A stretch of DNA of 64,000 nucleotides from NCBI GenBank assembly GCA_012295275.1, contig CM022668.1, forward strand, positions 13,888,001-13,952,000, read 5' to 3'. The stretch is from Chrysomallon squamiferum. Lineage: Eukaryota > Animalia > Mollusca. Below are positions 1-12,390 of this stretch, one piece after another. The position numbers and the translations under genes are program-made. The notes below the pieces were generated by a model, which saw only the letters and a list, made by a program, of their open reading frames with translations, had not been told where the DNA came from and made no database searches. How positions within the stretch are numbered: the stretch's first letter is position 1; each line of letters begins with the position of its first letter.

Positions 1-373
1 CAATTGAGGGCAAAAAAAGTTAAACAACCAAGTTTCGAGTTATACCCTGTTCATAAACTCTTCGTACAAAGGATGTAAGAGGTCTTCCCTGTATATAATC
101 TCTCCTTAAACAGTGACCAGGAGGCTTTTATAAACCCTTTATTAAACAAATGTTGATAGATTTCTGGTTCTTTTCAAACATAATGCCTAAACAGAAAGTG
201 GAAGATGGGTCGAAATTTTTCAAAAATCCATTATTTAAAAAGTGGGCATTTTTAAGCTAAATATTCTATTCAGATCCTCGGATTAGATTTTGATTGAGGA
301 ATTTCCAACTGTCTATAAAAACCAAAATGAATATAGTTAGGAATTAAGCTGTCCTCTTAACACAGCCCCTTAA
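1..373. mobile_element. Possible end of a non-autonomous TTAA-type DNA transposon (Kolobok/piggyBac-like), truncated by the window edge
   Basis: A higher-complexity segment ends abruptly in ACAGCCCC-TTAA (362-373), after which the sequence becomes very AT-rich. No partner TIR is visible. Confidence 0.25.
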
Positions 374-817
374 CGTATTATTTACAATAAAATAAAAAAA
401 TGTATTTCATTACTTACAAATAAACAACATATTTTATTCAACAATGAATTAATATATTTTTTACAATGTGAAAAAATAAATGTTAAAAATATAGTTACCA
501 TATTTTATAAAGCTAACTAATGCTAAATGTTAACTAACTTTCATCAAGAAATGTGAATGTAAATAAATAAAAACAAATTCAGAATATCTTACTCTCTTTG
601 AAATATGCTTTTTTAACACTAAAAATAAATAATTTAAACTGAGAAATATTTAAAAATAACAAAATATATTTAATTATTACTAAATTAATAAATAAATGTA
701 AATAAAGATGTTTTTGGAAGTAGGTGAAAATAATTAATAGTTCAAACATCATTAAAAATATAAATAAATAAATAAATAAATAAATAAATTTAAATCTTAG
801 AAAACAAATCTTTGAAA

Positions 818-853
<36 letters not shown>

Positions 854-1512
854 ATTTATATTTAATCGTTACTAAAACCAAAATAAGAAATAATTAAATA
901 AGCTAACTAATTAACATAATTTATTATAACTCAGTATAAACAAATAAGTCTTACAAAGAGAAAAGAAGAGCAATTACTACTACACATACAATGACAATTC
1001 TAGCTAAATTAATCTAAGATAGGCCATATACATTATAACAGTTTCACTAACTGTCAACAAAAATACTTTTATCAAGTGAAGGCAATTTTACACTATTTAT
1101 AAGATCTAAGCAGAAAAACATTTATTCCATGGCACTTTTTATTTTTTTGTTATTAATTTTGTTTAATTTTGATGGTTGTGCAGAAAATGTCATATGAATA
1201 TGGCCTATATTTGACATGACTAGCAGAAATTCTATGTTAATGCTATTTTCTACACAGTTAATATTTAGAAACTAAAGCTGCATATGAATTCACAGTTATG
1301 AAATCAAAAGAGATACTGTTAAGCTATGTTATTTGTTAGATATATATACATATATACTGTGTAATTTTAATTTTTATTAATAAACAAATAATAAAAATAA
1401 GAGTGATTCAACAAAAAAAGATTCTGATTTTTAAACAATATATTTAAAATGAAATATAAATAAAAAAATAAAAATTAAAAATAATAAAATAAAGTAAAAT
1501 AATAAAAATAAA

Positions 1513-1567
<55 letters not shown>

Positions 1568-3464
1568 CAACAACAATAACAATAATAACAACAACAACAA
1601 AAAAGGACCAAAATTAAATAAAAAGAACTAGTGGTATGACAGGTAACATCAAAATAGTTCCAAGGGAGGTAACTCTTTGCAGCAAAAGCTTAAACACAGC
1701 CAAAGCTTAGTAATGTGTGTGCACACAGCAAATGCAAGCCAAGACAAGATAAACATGGATAAAAAGAAAGTATATCGACAAAAATTAATATTAAAATTAT
1801 TTCCACGTTTTTCTTTTCAAAAAATATAAATAATAATCATTTTTCTTTTGCCTTCCTTTATTTATTTTATTTTTAATTTATTTACTTCCTTTATTTTGTT
1901 TATTTATATATATATATATATATATTAAGATTTTTAGTTTTGTTTTCATAACTTTTTATTTATGTATTTATTTATTTATTTATTTATTTATTTATTCCAA
2001 AGTTGATTTTTAAAACTATATATATAAAAAAATATAAAAACATTTCCTTAATGTAAAGATTCATATTTTATTTCTCATGATCGAAAACAATTAATGAATG
2101 TTGCTGTTAAATTGTATCAGTATTATTTAACTTTCTAACTGTGACTAATATCTAGACAAACATATCATGTTAATACTATTTTCTCTACAACTTTAACTAT
2201 ATTGCACAACAACATTTATTTATATTCTACAATTCCATAAATATGATTTAAATAAATAGAAAAAGATATATATATACTGGGAGGGGTATTTTTTTTAATT
2301 TTTTTTTTAAATGTTATTATTGAAAGAACTGAAACTCAGTCAGATAATTTAATAAAGAATCACGCTAAAAAAAAAAAAATGCAGCTGTTTGCCAAAATAG
2401 TTCCTGATTGATGTGATTTTTATTTTAATCTGTAAAAATTTAATTTAGAGGATATTTTAATTAATAGCAGCCTGTAAAAATAATTATTTTCTTTTGTTTC
2501 CAATGAAAAATAATAACAATAATAATAATAACAATAACAATAACAATAACAATAATAATAATTATAATAATATCAATTATGTTTAAAATAAAAACACAAG
2601 GTTAGTTTTCAAGACAATACTATCAAACATTATTTACATTAACTTGGACAGTAAATTATCAAATATTTTGTTACTTTTATGTTAATTTGTATAATTAGAC
2701 ACAGCAAAACACACAAATGCACACATTTAATAAAAGACAGTTAAAGACAAAAAAATAATAACAATAAAAATAAAGAAAGAAAGAAATAAGAAAAATATTA
2801 ATATTTTAAATGTTAAAATGTTACTGAAGAAATAAAATTGTGAGTCAGAAATGTTTATGTGATTATTATTTTTATTTTTTATTAACTTTTAAATTTTTTT
2901 AAATATTATTTCCTATGGCAAAATATTTTACTGTAATGAGCAAATGTGTTTATCGATGATATTTTTATAAGAATTTCCAACTGAGGTACATATTATTGGC
3001 TATTTAGAAAGTAGCATATAATTATTAGTTGTTGATAATGGTTATTTTAAATGGAGAGTTAGACAGTAATAAATTTAAATTATTTAAATCATTTTCTAAA
3101 AACCTTGTTATTAATAAAACAAATATTTTCTTTCTTTCTTTTTTTCCCTCCTTTTTTAATAATTTGTTTTAAGAAAAATAAAAAGATAAAATGATTTTAT
3201 ATTAATCTTTATTGCTTTAAAAATTATTCTCTTTTCAGAATAGAATGATACAAAAATTATAAGTAATTGTAATTATTTGGCCCCATTAGTTTTTGTAGTA
3301 TTAATTAATTTCTCCATTATACAGAAAAGCATTAAAATCAGGGTTAAAGTAATGATTTTTTTTTTACACTCACACACATTCTAGCAAGCTTATTATCTAG
3401 CTAACTGTAAAAAGCAGAGGTCACCAAAGGTCACCATATTAGCCAATAGCCAAGCTGTACCCCA

Positions 3465-3577
3465 CTACCATATTTGCAAGGAATGCTGGGAGAGAAAAAA
3501 AAATAAAAATAATAATATGATCACCAAGCTAGCATACAGACCTTTGACATGGGATCCTTTCGTAATACGAGTCTTGC
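3465..3577 (-). CDS. Probable third exon of the LDLa gene: (C)KTRITKGSHVK, then either a donor at 3541 or read-through GLYASLVIILLFLFFFLSQHSLQIW-stop
   Basis: Minus strand reads gactaat (branch-like)...ttcccacctctgttgtactAG|GC AAG ACT. The leading GC joins the single T left by the 5243 exon to give TGC, the missing sixth LDLa Cys. The frame stays open to TAG at 3465-3467. An internal G|GTCTGT donor would give a 36-nt phase-1 exon (3542-3577). Confidence 0.62.
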
Positions 3578-3619
3578 CTAGTACAACAGAGGTGGGAATG
3601 ATGCAATTAGTCACAAATA

Positions 3620-3822
3620 GACCAATCAGAACGGTGCATTCATTAACGACAACCAATCATAACGGTGCTGTCACTGACAACAACCAATCAGAAAGGTTAA
3701 ATCTCTGAGTTTGAACAATCAGAATGGTTTTGCTATTTGCAAACAACCAATCAGAATGCTGCACTCATTAACAACAACCAATCAGGCTGCTGTTGTCACT
3801 GACATTAACCAATCAGAAAGGT
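3620..3822 (+). promoter_or_regulatory. Array of 7 AACCAATCAGAA-type (CCAAT/NF-Y-like) motifs at 31-32 bp period
   Basis: CCAAT cores start at 3622, 3653, 3684, 3715 (ACAAT variant), 3747, 3778 and 3809. Regulatory function is inferred only. Confidence 0.5.
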
Positions 3823-4212
3823 GCAAGTTTTTTTTTAAATTATTCAAACAGCTACTGTGGTTAAACAATATTAACAGAATTATTATTTTTTTTTTAAACA
3901 TACTCAAAGTTAAAAATTAATTTCTAATTTGAATTAAGTTAAATTAAACTCAGAATTAAAAAAATATAATGCAAAAGTGGATGCAATGCAATAAATGTAA
4001 CATAAAATGTTTATCTCTTAACAAGTTTTCATTTATTTATAGTTTTCAGTTTCAATTCACACCAAAAAGTAAGAAATATACCTGCTTCTGAGTCAATCTC
4101 AGGAATATTTTAACTTGAGATAAAAGTTCAAAAGTGAAAAATTTTCAAAAAAAGTTTTAAAGTTTTATTTGAATTTTGAAATATAGAATTGAAATCCAAA
4201 ATAAAATTTGTT

Positions 4213-4246
<34 letters not shown>

Positions 4247-4905
4247 ATACAAAAAAATTATAAACGATAAATAACACAATAAAATAAAATCAATAAAAAA
4301 TACAAATCACAGATTACAAAACAACAAGAATAAATAAATATTAACAGTAAAACAAAATTTTTTTTTTTTTTTTTTTTTTTTGTCGGTCTATTAATTTTCT
4401 TGCATTTCACTATTTTCTTTCCATTTTCTTTTTTTTTTGACTTTTTTACCTTTTTTTTTTTTATATATTTTTTTAAATTATTTACCATGCATGTTTCATA
4501 ATACTGGAAAGAGGTGTTTAGAAAATATTCTTTTGTTTAGCATCCATTTTGTTTTTCTTCCTATAACAGACTGTTTTGGTGTTGTACAAACATGCTTTAC
4601 TATCATGCTTGTCAATCGATCAGAAGAAGCTTGCACACACATTCAGAGAAAAATAAAGGTACTGATATTAGCTGGTAACCATGACAACAGATAAAGGTAC
4701 AGGTCTAGGAGGAAGGGCAGTGAAATTTTTGAAATGATATATACTACAAAACTGATAGTAACTAAAAATGTAAAATAAAAATTTAGGGTGAATTGACTAC
4801 TAAATAAATAAAAGGGAATTACGAATTATAGTAATAAATGAATAAATGAATTAAAAAAATAAATAAATAAATAAAACAATAACAACAATAATGAGAATAT
4901 CAACA

Positions 4906-4954
<49 letters not shown>

Positions 4955-5242
4955 TAACAAAAATAACAACAACAGTAATAAATGAAACAATGATAATAAA
5001 CAAAAATAATAAAAATTCACGATCAATGACATTATCATAATAACATAACAACATTCAAAAACTAAATTTATTCAGAGAATTAAAACTCTGTCATAAATAT
5101 TTTATATTTTTCTCTTTTCACTTAACATACACAAATATCACAATATTCAATTTATTTTACACAATCTAAAAATTAAGAAGTCCTAAATATTTAATTGTAT
5201 CAGATTAAGCCTAGCGATAGCGTTTTCTAAACAACAACTTAC

Positions 5243-5368
5243 AGAGTTCTGTTTTCTCATCTGACCCATCTGTACAGTCCTCTTCGCCATCACAAATGAA
5301 GGCTTTAGATATACATCGCGCTGCCCCACCTTCACACATGAATTGCCAAGAGGCACATGCAGGAATAC
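5243..5368 (-). CDS. LDL-receptor class A module exon 2: (S)[41 protein letters not shown](C)
   Basis: 126 nt, phase 1-1, acceptor ttccttgaAG|GT, donor CT|GTAAGT. Shows LDLa Cys spacing and the acidic Ca-binding motif [13 protein letters not shown]. The ORF track (5183-5464) shows a different, wrong frame. Confidence 0.93.
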
Positions 5369-5864
5369 CTTCAAGGAAACAGTATTTATAAACATTCTGA
5401 TCAAATTTCTATGAGGGTATACATACTTTTTTCTTTTCTTAAGGTTATGCGTGAATGTCTTCAAGAAAATAGTATTTGTAAATAGTCTCCTTGTTTCATT
5501 AAATTTATAGAAGAGTACTTTTTGGAAAATAGTATTTAATATTCTGATTGTTCATTAAATTTAAAGAAGGATACTCTCAGGAATACAGTATTTATTGAGA
5601 TTCTCCTTTTTTGTTAAATGTAGAGAAGGAAAATAGTATTTTCAAACAATTCTGCTTTATTTTTCATTTAGATAATAGGTACATTCAAGAAACAATAGTT
5701 ATAAATATTTTCCTTATATTTATATATATATACACACACATACATTAATAAATATGCTGAGATTTTTTCCCTGTTAATCTTACAGAAATTATCTATATTT
5801 ATAATATTATTATTTACAAATATATTACAGTATTACTTAAATTTATTTGATACAGTATCAAAGA

Positions 5865-5895
<31 letters not shown>

Positions 5896-5965
5896 TTTTA
5901 TCTAAATATTTCTTAAATGTACATGAAGGTACTTTCAAGACAATAGTATTTATAAATATCTGAAG
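5362..5965. repeat. Degenerate ~55-60 bp minisatellite whose first unit is the exon-2 splice acceptor
   Basis: Core resembling GRRTACYTTCAAGRAAAYAGTATTTATAAA recurs at about 5363, 5453, 5513, 5569, 5626, 5677 and 5927. Confidence 0.65.
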
Positions 5966-6379
5966 AATATTCATATAAACATTACATTTTTCTTTAAATT
6001 GTTTGTAATTTTTGAGTATATTTATTATTACTATTTATTTATTTATTTGTTATATTAGCATTGTTTTTTTTTTCAAATTATATTATTATTTAGTAGTCTA
6101 AAAATACTTCTTAGAGAAATTTATCATCAAAAATATATTTTTACTGTTACATGGGAGATAACTCTTACAGCTCTATCACAACAACAAGACTAAGCCTCAA
6201 TACATAAAAAAACATAGTCAACAAACACTGTGACTAAAATATCTGATTTTATAAATACATAATTATACAAACTTTATTTTTATCGATAATGCTTCCTTTG
6301 TTACTAAAGAGTAACTGTAATGGGAGATAACTCAACGAAAAAAAAAAAAACGGACTAATTTTAACGTGACGACACTTAC

Positions 6380-6511
6380 TACAGTTGGCTTTTTCATCAT
6401 CGCCATCAGGGCAGTCAGCATCACCGTCACACACCCAGTTGAGGGGGATGCACTGATAATCTGGAATTATTTCTGATCTACACTGGAATGTGTCCACTGA
6501 ACATTTGGTGG
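6380..6511 (-). CDS. LDL-receptor class A module exon 1: (x)[43 protein letters not shown]
   Basis: 132 nt, phase 1-1, acceptor tttttctAG|CC, donor TA|GTAAGT. Six Cys and the [15 protein letters not shown] LDLa signature are present. Splices in frame to 5368 (A+GT = Ser). Confidence 0.95.
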
Positions 6512-6749
6512 CTAGAAAAATAAATAAACAAATAAATAAATAAATACATAAATAAATAGATAAATAAATACATAAAGAAAGAAAGAAAGAAAGAAAGAAA
6601 TGAATAAAAAATTTCTTAAAATTTAAATATTTATCACTATGTTAAATGACAGGTCTGAAATAATAATCGTAATAGCAGTAGTAGTAGTAAATAGGAATAT
6701 TAAAAAATAAACACACACACACAAACACACAGACACACATATATATATA

Positions 6750-6810
<61 letters not shown>

Positions 6811-7027
6811 TATATCTAAATACTACATAAATTAACAGTATTAAGAAGAAAAAAATAAAAATTCAAATTTAAAGAGACATAAAATGAACTTTTGTTCAAA
6901 TTAAAAACACAGATACTTGATAATCTTTTACAATCTTTTTTTCACCATGATAAAACAAAAATGTCTTTATTTACTTCTTTTCTCTATTTCTCTTTCTTTC
7001 TCTTTATCAGTCTCTGTCTATCAGTTA

Positions 7028-7173
<146 letters not shown>

Positions 7174-9104
7174 CCCTCTATCTATCTCCCTCATTTACAC
7201 TAAAGATATCTAATTCCACAGATCAGCTCCTTTTACTAACACATTTAACCGAGAAAGATTGTAGCCAGTAAAAAAAAAAAAAAAAACTTACGATGGTGTC
7301 AGAGGAATCACATTTTACATCTTGATTCTGATTACAGGAAATGAAAATCCATTTGATCTGAACTGAGACTGAAATTCTTGCACTAAGCTTAACCAAGTGA
7401 ACATGTTACTTATTGATTTTCAATCATTCTGTGGCCGAATCATGCACTAACAATGACAGAAACACTTAAAACAGCAAATGTTTTAAGTGACATTTTGATT
7501 TTTTGGTAAAGAATACTTCCTTTATTACCAAAGAGTTGATGTAATGGGGAGGTAAATCAAAAAAAAAAAAAAAAAAAATTAATCTCCTGAAATGTAAATT
7601 AAAAAAGAAGATAACTATTTTAACTTTAAGAGTGTTTTGGGTTTTTAAAAGTAACTTTCAGACTTTTTTGAGGGGGTTAGATGTCATTAGTTATAAAGAA
7701 TATATAAAGTTTTTTGTCTTAGAAATGAGTTATGAGAAGAGAAATCTGAAACACTTTTCATGTTTTTAACGATATCTTTAAAGCAGCATCTCTCCAATTT
7801 TGTTTTTATTTTTATTTATTCATTCATTTATTTATTTATTTATTTATTTATTAGTGTTACTGTGAGTGTTATTTTTATAATTATAATTATGTTGGCGTTG
7901 TTATGATTATTTTAATAAGAAATTATTGTACAGAAAAAGAAATTCCTATTAAGAATAAACTTTTAGCTGCATGTTGCAATCTCATTTTTATAAAGAATGT
8001 CTCCTTTTTTACTGAAGAGTAATCTTAATGGGAGATAATTTAAAGAAGAAAAAGATAACACTAACTTTGAAGAGCTGTTACTAGAAATATATTTTGAAGG
8101 GTAGAGTTAATTTTTTTTCTTTTTTCATTTATTTTTTTTAAAATTCTTTTCTTATTACAAAGGAGGAAATAATGAAAAACGGCATGGAAAATCTGCCAGG
8201 AATTTATTATATTTTTTTTTAATTTGCACTGTTTATTTCTGAACTTATGGGAGGATAATTAATGTTATAAAATAAAAAAGATAAAACCAAACTTTAAATT
8301 AATTTTTTTTTTTTCTGTAGTTTTTGTGGTTGTTGTTATTGCTATTGTTGTTAAGTTTTTGTTTTAATAATTGTTTTTAACCCTTCAGTTTCTTTAAACA
8401 ATATATGATTTGTTACAAATTTCACAAAATAAAAATGAAGAAAAAAAAAAAAAAAAAAAAAAAATTTTGTATCTTTTCACATCTCAAAAAGAAATTATTT
8501 TTTTGTTCCTTTCTTACAAAATGCACACAGATAACACATTACAGCCCATGTAACGCATAAATGCTACTTTCAAAACACAGATACTGTTTTCTGAACCAAC
8601 ACCGTTTGACATGCATGTCACGTATCCTGCAACATTAGCCAAGTCAATGAGATTATCTCAGATAATCAGATTAACTCCAGCAATCGGATTATCTGCATAC
8701 ACACCTGTTTAATGTAAAGATTAATTTAATTACTTCCAATAATATGTGCCCAATTTAGCACAGTGGTACAAGTCTGACTGTGGGTAATAAACAGGCTAAT
8801 CAGTTTTATTCCAATCTAACCTCCTACAGCTACTGGCATTTCCTTTCCATGGGATGGGACAACAGGAAGCAAAAAATAGCCTTTTTTTTTTCTTCTCCTT
8901 TTATTTTTCTTAATTCTTTTTTTATTTTTCTTTATTTTTCTTCTTCTTCTTTTTTTTTTTATTTATTTCTTTATATTTTTTGTTTTGTTTTTGGCTCTAT
9001 TAAAAAATAAAATAAAAAATAATATGAAGCAACAACTTGGTTGTGTTTCAAAGAAATTCTTATTAATTCTGTTTTTTATTTATGTCTTCTGTTTGCTTCT
9101 GTAT

Positions 9105-9263
<159 letters not shown>

Positions 9264-9559
9264 GTCTGTCTCTGCATGTGTCTCTCTATGTCTATCAATC
9301 TCTTTCTTTCTTTCAATAACTTTCTCTCAATCTTTCTCACTTATCTCTTTCATTCAGTTTCTCTCATTCTCTTTCTAACTATACTGCTCTGTCCTTCTCT
9401 CTATCAATGTCTCCATCTCTCACTCTGTCTGTATATCATGGTTTCCTTTCTTCTTCATGTCAAGCAGAAGATATAGATTTCTTATTTCTATACAATCAGA
9501 AAAAGCAACAGACAAAGCTGATTTTATTTTTCTCATATTAACATTACAGACTCTCTCTC

Positions 9560-9560
9560 T

Positions 9561-9592
<32 letters not shown>

Positions 9593-9599
9593 CACACTC

Positions 9600-9652
<53 letters not shown>
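9560..9652 (+). repeat. (CA)n microsatellite
   Basis: Seen directly. Confidence 0.95.
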
Positions 9653-9654
<2 letters not shown>

Positions 9655-10414
9655 TATTAATGTGGTGTCCAGTATGCATTAATAATAAAACAGTCTTGAA
9701 ATAGTGTTAACTATTAACTATTACAAGTTGTGAATCATTCAATGTTACATCAGTCACCACCTTATTTACACGTTAATTTTTTTTTTTTTTTTTTCACTTA
9801 CATGTACAAAAGCCGATACTAAAATATTTCTAAGGATTTGAAAGTGAACTTTTGTCCTGGAAGAAAACGACAGGTTCATCTGTCAAAGTGACAAGATCAA
9901 AGCTAACAGACACACTGCAGTGACAGACATACAGACAAATCTGGTCTAATGGTTAATTTAGAACAACATGAATATTCATGGTTACATTTTTATTGCCATG
10001 CCTACACATGCACTTGCACATATCAGTTAATAATGTCAATGAATTAAAAATCTGCCTCAGGTTTCTTTTCTGTAGGAAATCAGAAAACAGAAGACTGCAT
10101 TTGAACATACAAAAAAAAAAAAAATACACCCAAAAAACAACATTTCTGCATGGACGCACACAAACATATTTCTCACATGTTAATATATATATATATATAT
10201 ATATTAACAGATAAACATTTATGTACATACAAACACACTTGTATGTTGCCATTCACAAACATTATATGGATGCATCAATTTACTCTATTATATATACACA
10301 CAGATTTATCTACATATAGCATACCCTACACACACACACACACATACATACATACAAGGATCTGTTAATATATTTACAAATTTCTCTTCATCTAAAACAC
10401 ACACACACACACAT

Positions 10415-10454
<40 letters not shown>

Positions 10455-10786
10455 ATTTTCACAACTGCTTGCATAGCCCAATGACTCACTACCACTGCAA
10501 GACAGTTTCTGATTGGTCAGTTCATTGTTACAGATCATCTCATTGGTGGTATTCACTGGATATTTACAAGGAAAAAAATATATATATTAATCATGGATGA
10601 GAGTATTTGCCATAAGCTGTTATTTATTATTAGTGTTTTCATCCTCTTTTCTTTAAAAAAAATAAAATAAATAAAAAAATAAAAACAAATGAAAATCTGA
10701 CTGAAAATAGAAAAAAAAAAAAAAAAAAAAATTCACGTAGAAATTTGTTACAAGTTGTTGATGAGTTGGCTTATATCACAATCAAT

Positions 10787-10824
<38 letters not shown>

Positions 10825-11189
10825 CTTATTAGTTTGGAGGGTTATTTTTGTTTGTTGTTATTTTTTTTTTTTCTGTTTCTTGATTTATTATTAATTTTAT
10901 TTTATTTTATTTTTTTATTTTTTTATTGCTTCTACGGCTGTTTAAAATTTCCTGCTCTATGAAAATGAAAAATAAAGTTTTATCAAGAGCTTAACGACTG
11001 AATCAGAATGAATAAATCCTAAGTCAAGGATTTTGAATGTAATCTGCACATTGACAACAACTTAATTGAAGGATTTTATACTTCCAGTTGGGTAATCCTC
11101 AGTAAAACAGAATATTAAAATAAATTTGGAAAAGATGACAGTGTGTTTAAAGAAGAATAACTTTTTAGATTTTGGATTTAACAATTAGT

Positions 11190-11420
11190 TAAAGTAAACT
11201 TTGTGTTTATTTAGCAACATTAACTTATATATTGGTGGTTATTAAGTATCTGTTTACATGGTGTAGTAATGGTTGTAACTGGGGAAAAATTAAAACAAAA
11301 AAAAAGTTAAATATTCTCATGAATTAGCAATAAGTGATCTATAATTGATACCTTCTCATAGACAGAAGAGCTCTTATTACAGTTCTTTATAAAGAAATAA
11401 CAGAACAGTGGTTGGAATGG
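11190..11420 (-). mobile_element. Degenerate SINE core/tail fragment
   Basis: attagcaataagtgatctataattgataccttctcatagacag...gtggttggaatg aligns by eye with the copies at 27890 and 56330 and with the reverse complement of 59858. Confidence 0.5.
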
Positions 11421-11537
11421 ACTATACAGTCTAATGTATGGCAGGACATCTCAGCAAATAGCAGTTATGAATTTATTCAATCAAAAGCCAGGTTCTGTGC
11501 ATTTTAATTTAAATAAATTAATAATTAGTTACAATTC

Positions 11538-11640
11538 GACCAATCAGAAGAGGGTGGTGATTAACAGCAACCAATCAGAAAGGTTTATTGACTGGAAATA
11601 ACCAATCAGAAATAGTCTAGTTCTTTGAAACAACCAATCT
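11538..11640 (+). promoter_or_regulatory. Second phased CCAAT array (4 motifs)
   Basis: CCAAT at 11540, 11571, 11602 and 11634 (spacing 31, 31, 32) with dissimilar spacers. Confidence 0.5.
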
Positions 11641-12194
11641 TAATGCTGCATTATTTGATACCAGTAAACATTTTACTGTCACAGTATATGAATCACACAC
11701 GCACACACAGTCGCACACACTCACAAATGCACACATGCATGGAAACAAATACACAGAATTACTTGCACGTAAACATAACCCTTAACACTCTACACTCACA
11801 CACAGACATGAAAATCACACAACACACACATGCATGCACACACACACACATATATATGAAAACAACACTAGATATATATCTGCTTCACAAACAAGCATAC
11901 ACATAATCAATTGAATTTCTGTCCATCTGCGTGCATTTATCAAGGTTTTCCATCTTTCCATGTTAAACACTCATCTAAATTCTGCTTTAGAATTTCCATT
12001 GCAGCCAGCTGATAAACTGGGAAATTGGTTCATTAAGTGTCGCATTCAGTTTTCTCTCATGCAGCCATCTAAACAAAGGATGCTCTCCAGATCAGAAACA
12101 ATATTTATTGTAATAATTACTGCTCAAGTGTATCTTAATAACAGATGGATGTTTATAACAGATGCTTGAGATATATTTATTTGTGATTCAAATA

Positions 12195-12197
<3 letters not shown>

Positions 12198-12281
<84 letters not shown>

Positions 12282-12390
12282 ATATTTTTATATATAATTC
12301 ACTTTTTCATTTTAAAATATTTATCTTTCTGTATTTAGTTTAAAATGTCTGTATATAAGAAAAGTCTTAAAATGTCTGTACAGTGAGAGA

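Noticed and set aside
3620-3822. CRISPR-like appearance (constant motif with variable spacers)
   Set aside because: The repeat is only ~12 bp, spacers are ~19 bp and partly duplicated, there are no cas genes, and the context is a eukaryotic intron.
7292-7327. 36-nt candidate exon (taatcAG|...ATC|GTAAGT)
   Set aside because: Open only in phase 0 (NQDVKCDSSDTI). The phase-1 frame needed to join 6511 contains TGA.
8755-8785. Partial resemblance to a lophotrochozoan miRNA (miR-1992-like) on the minus strand
   Set aside because: Mismatch in the seed region and only a 6-bp stem; no pre-miRNA hairpin.
9802-9879. ATG-initiated exon candidate MNLSFSSRTKVHFQILRNILVSAFVH with a GTAAGT donor
   Set aside because: Ends in phase 0, which is incompatible with the phase-1 LDLa exon, and is a poor signal peptide.
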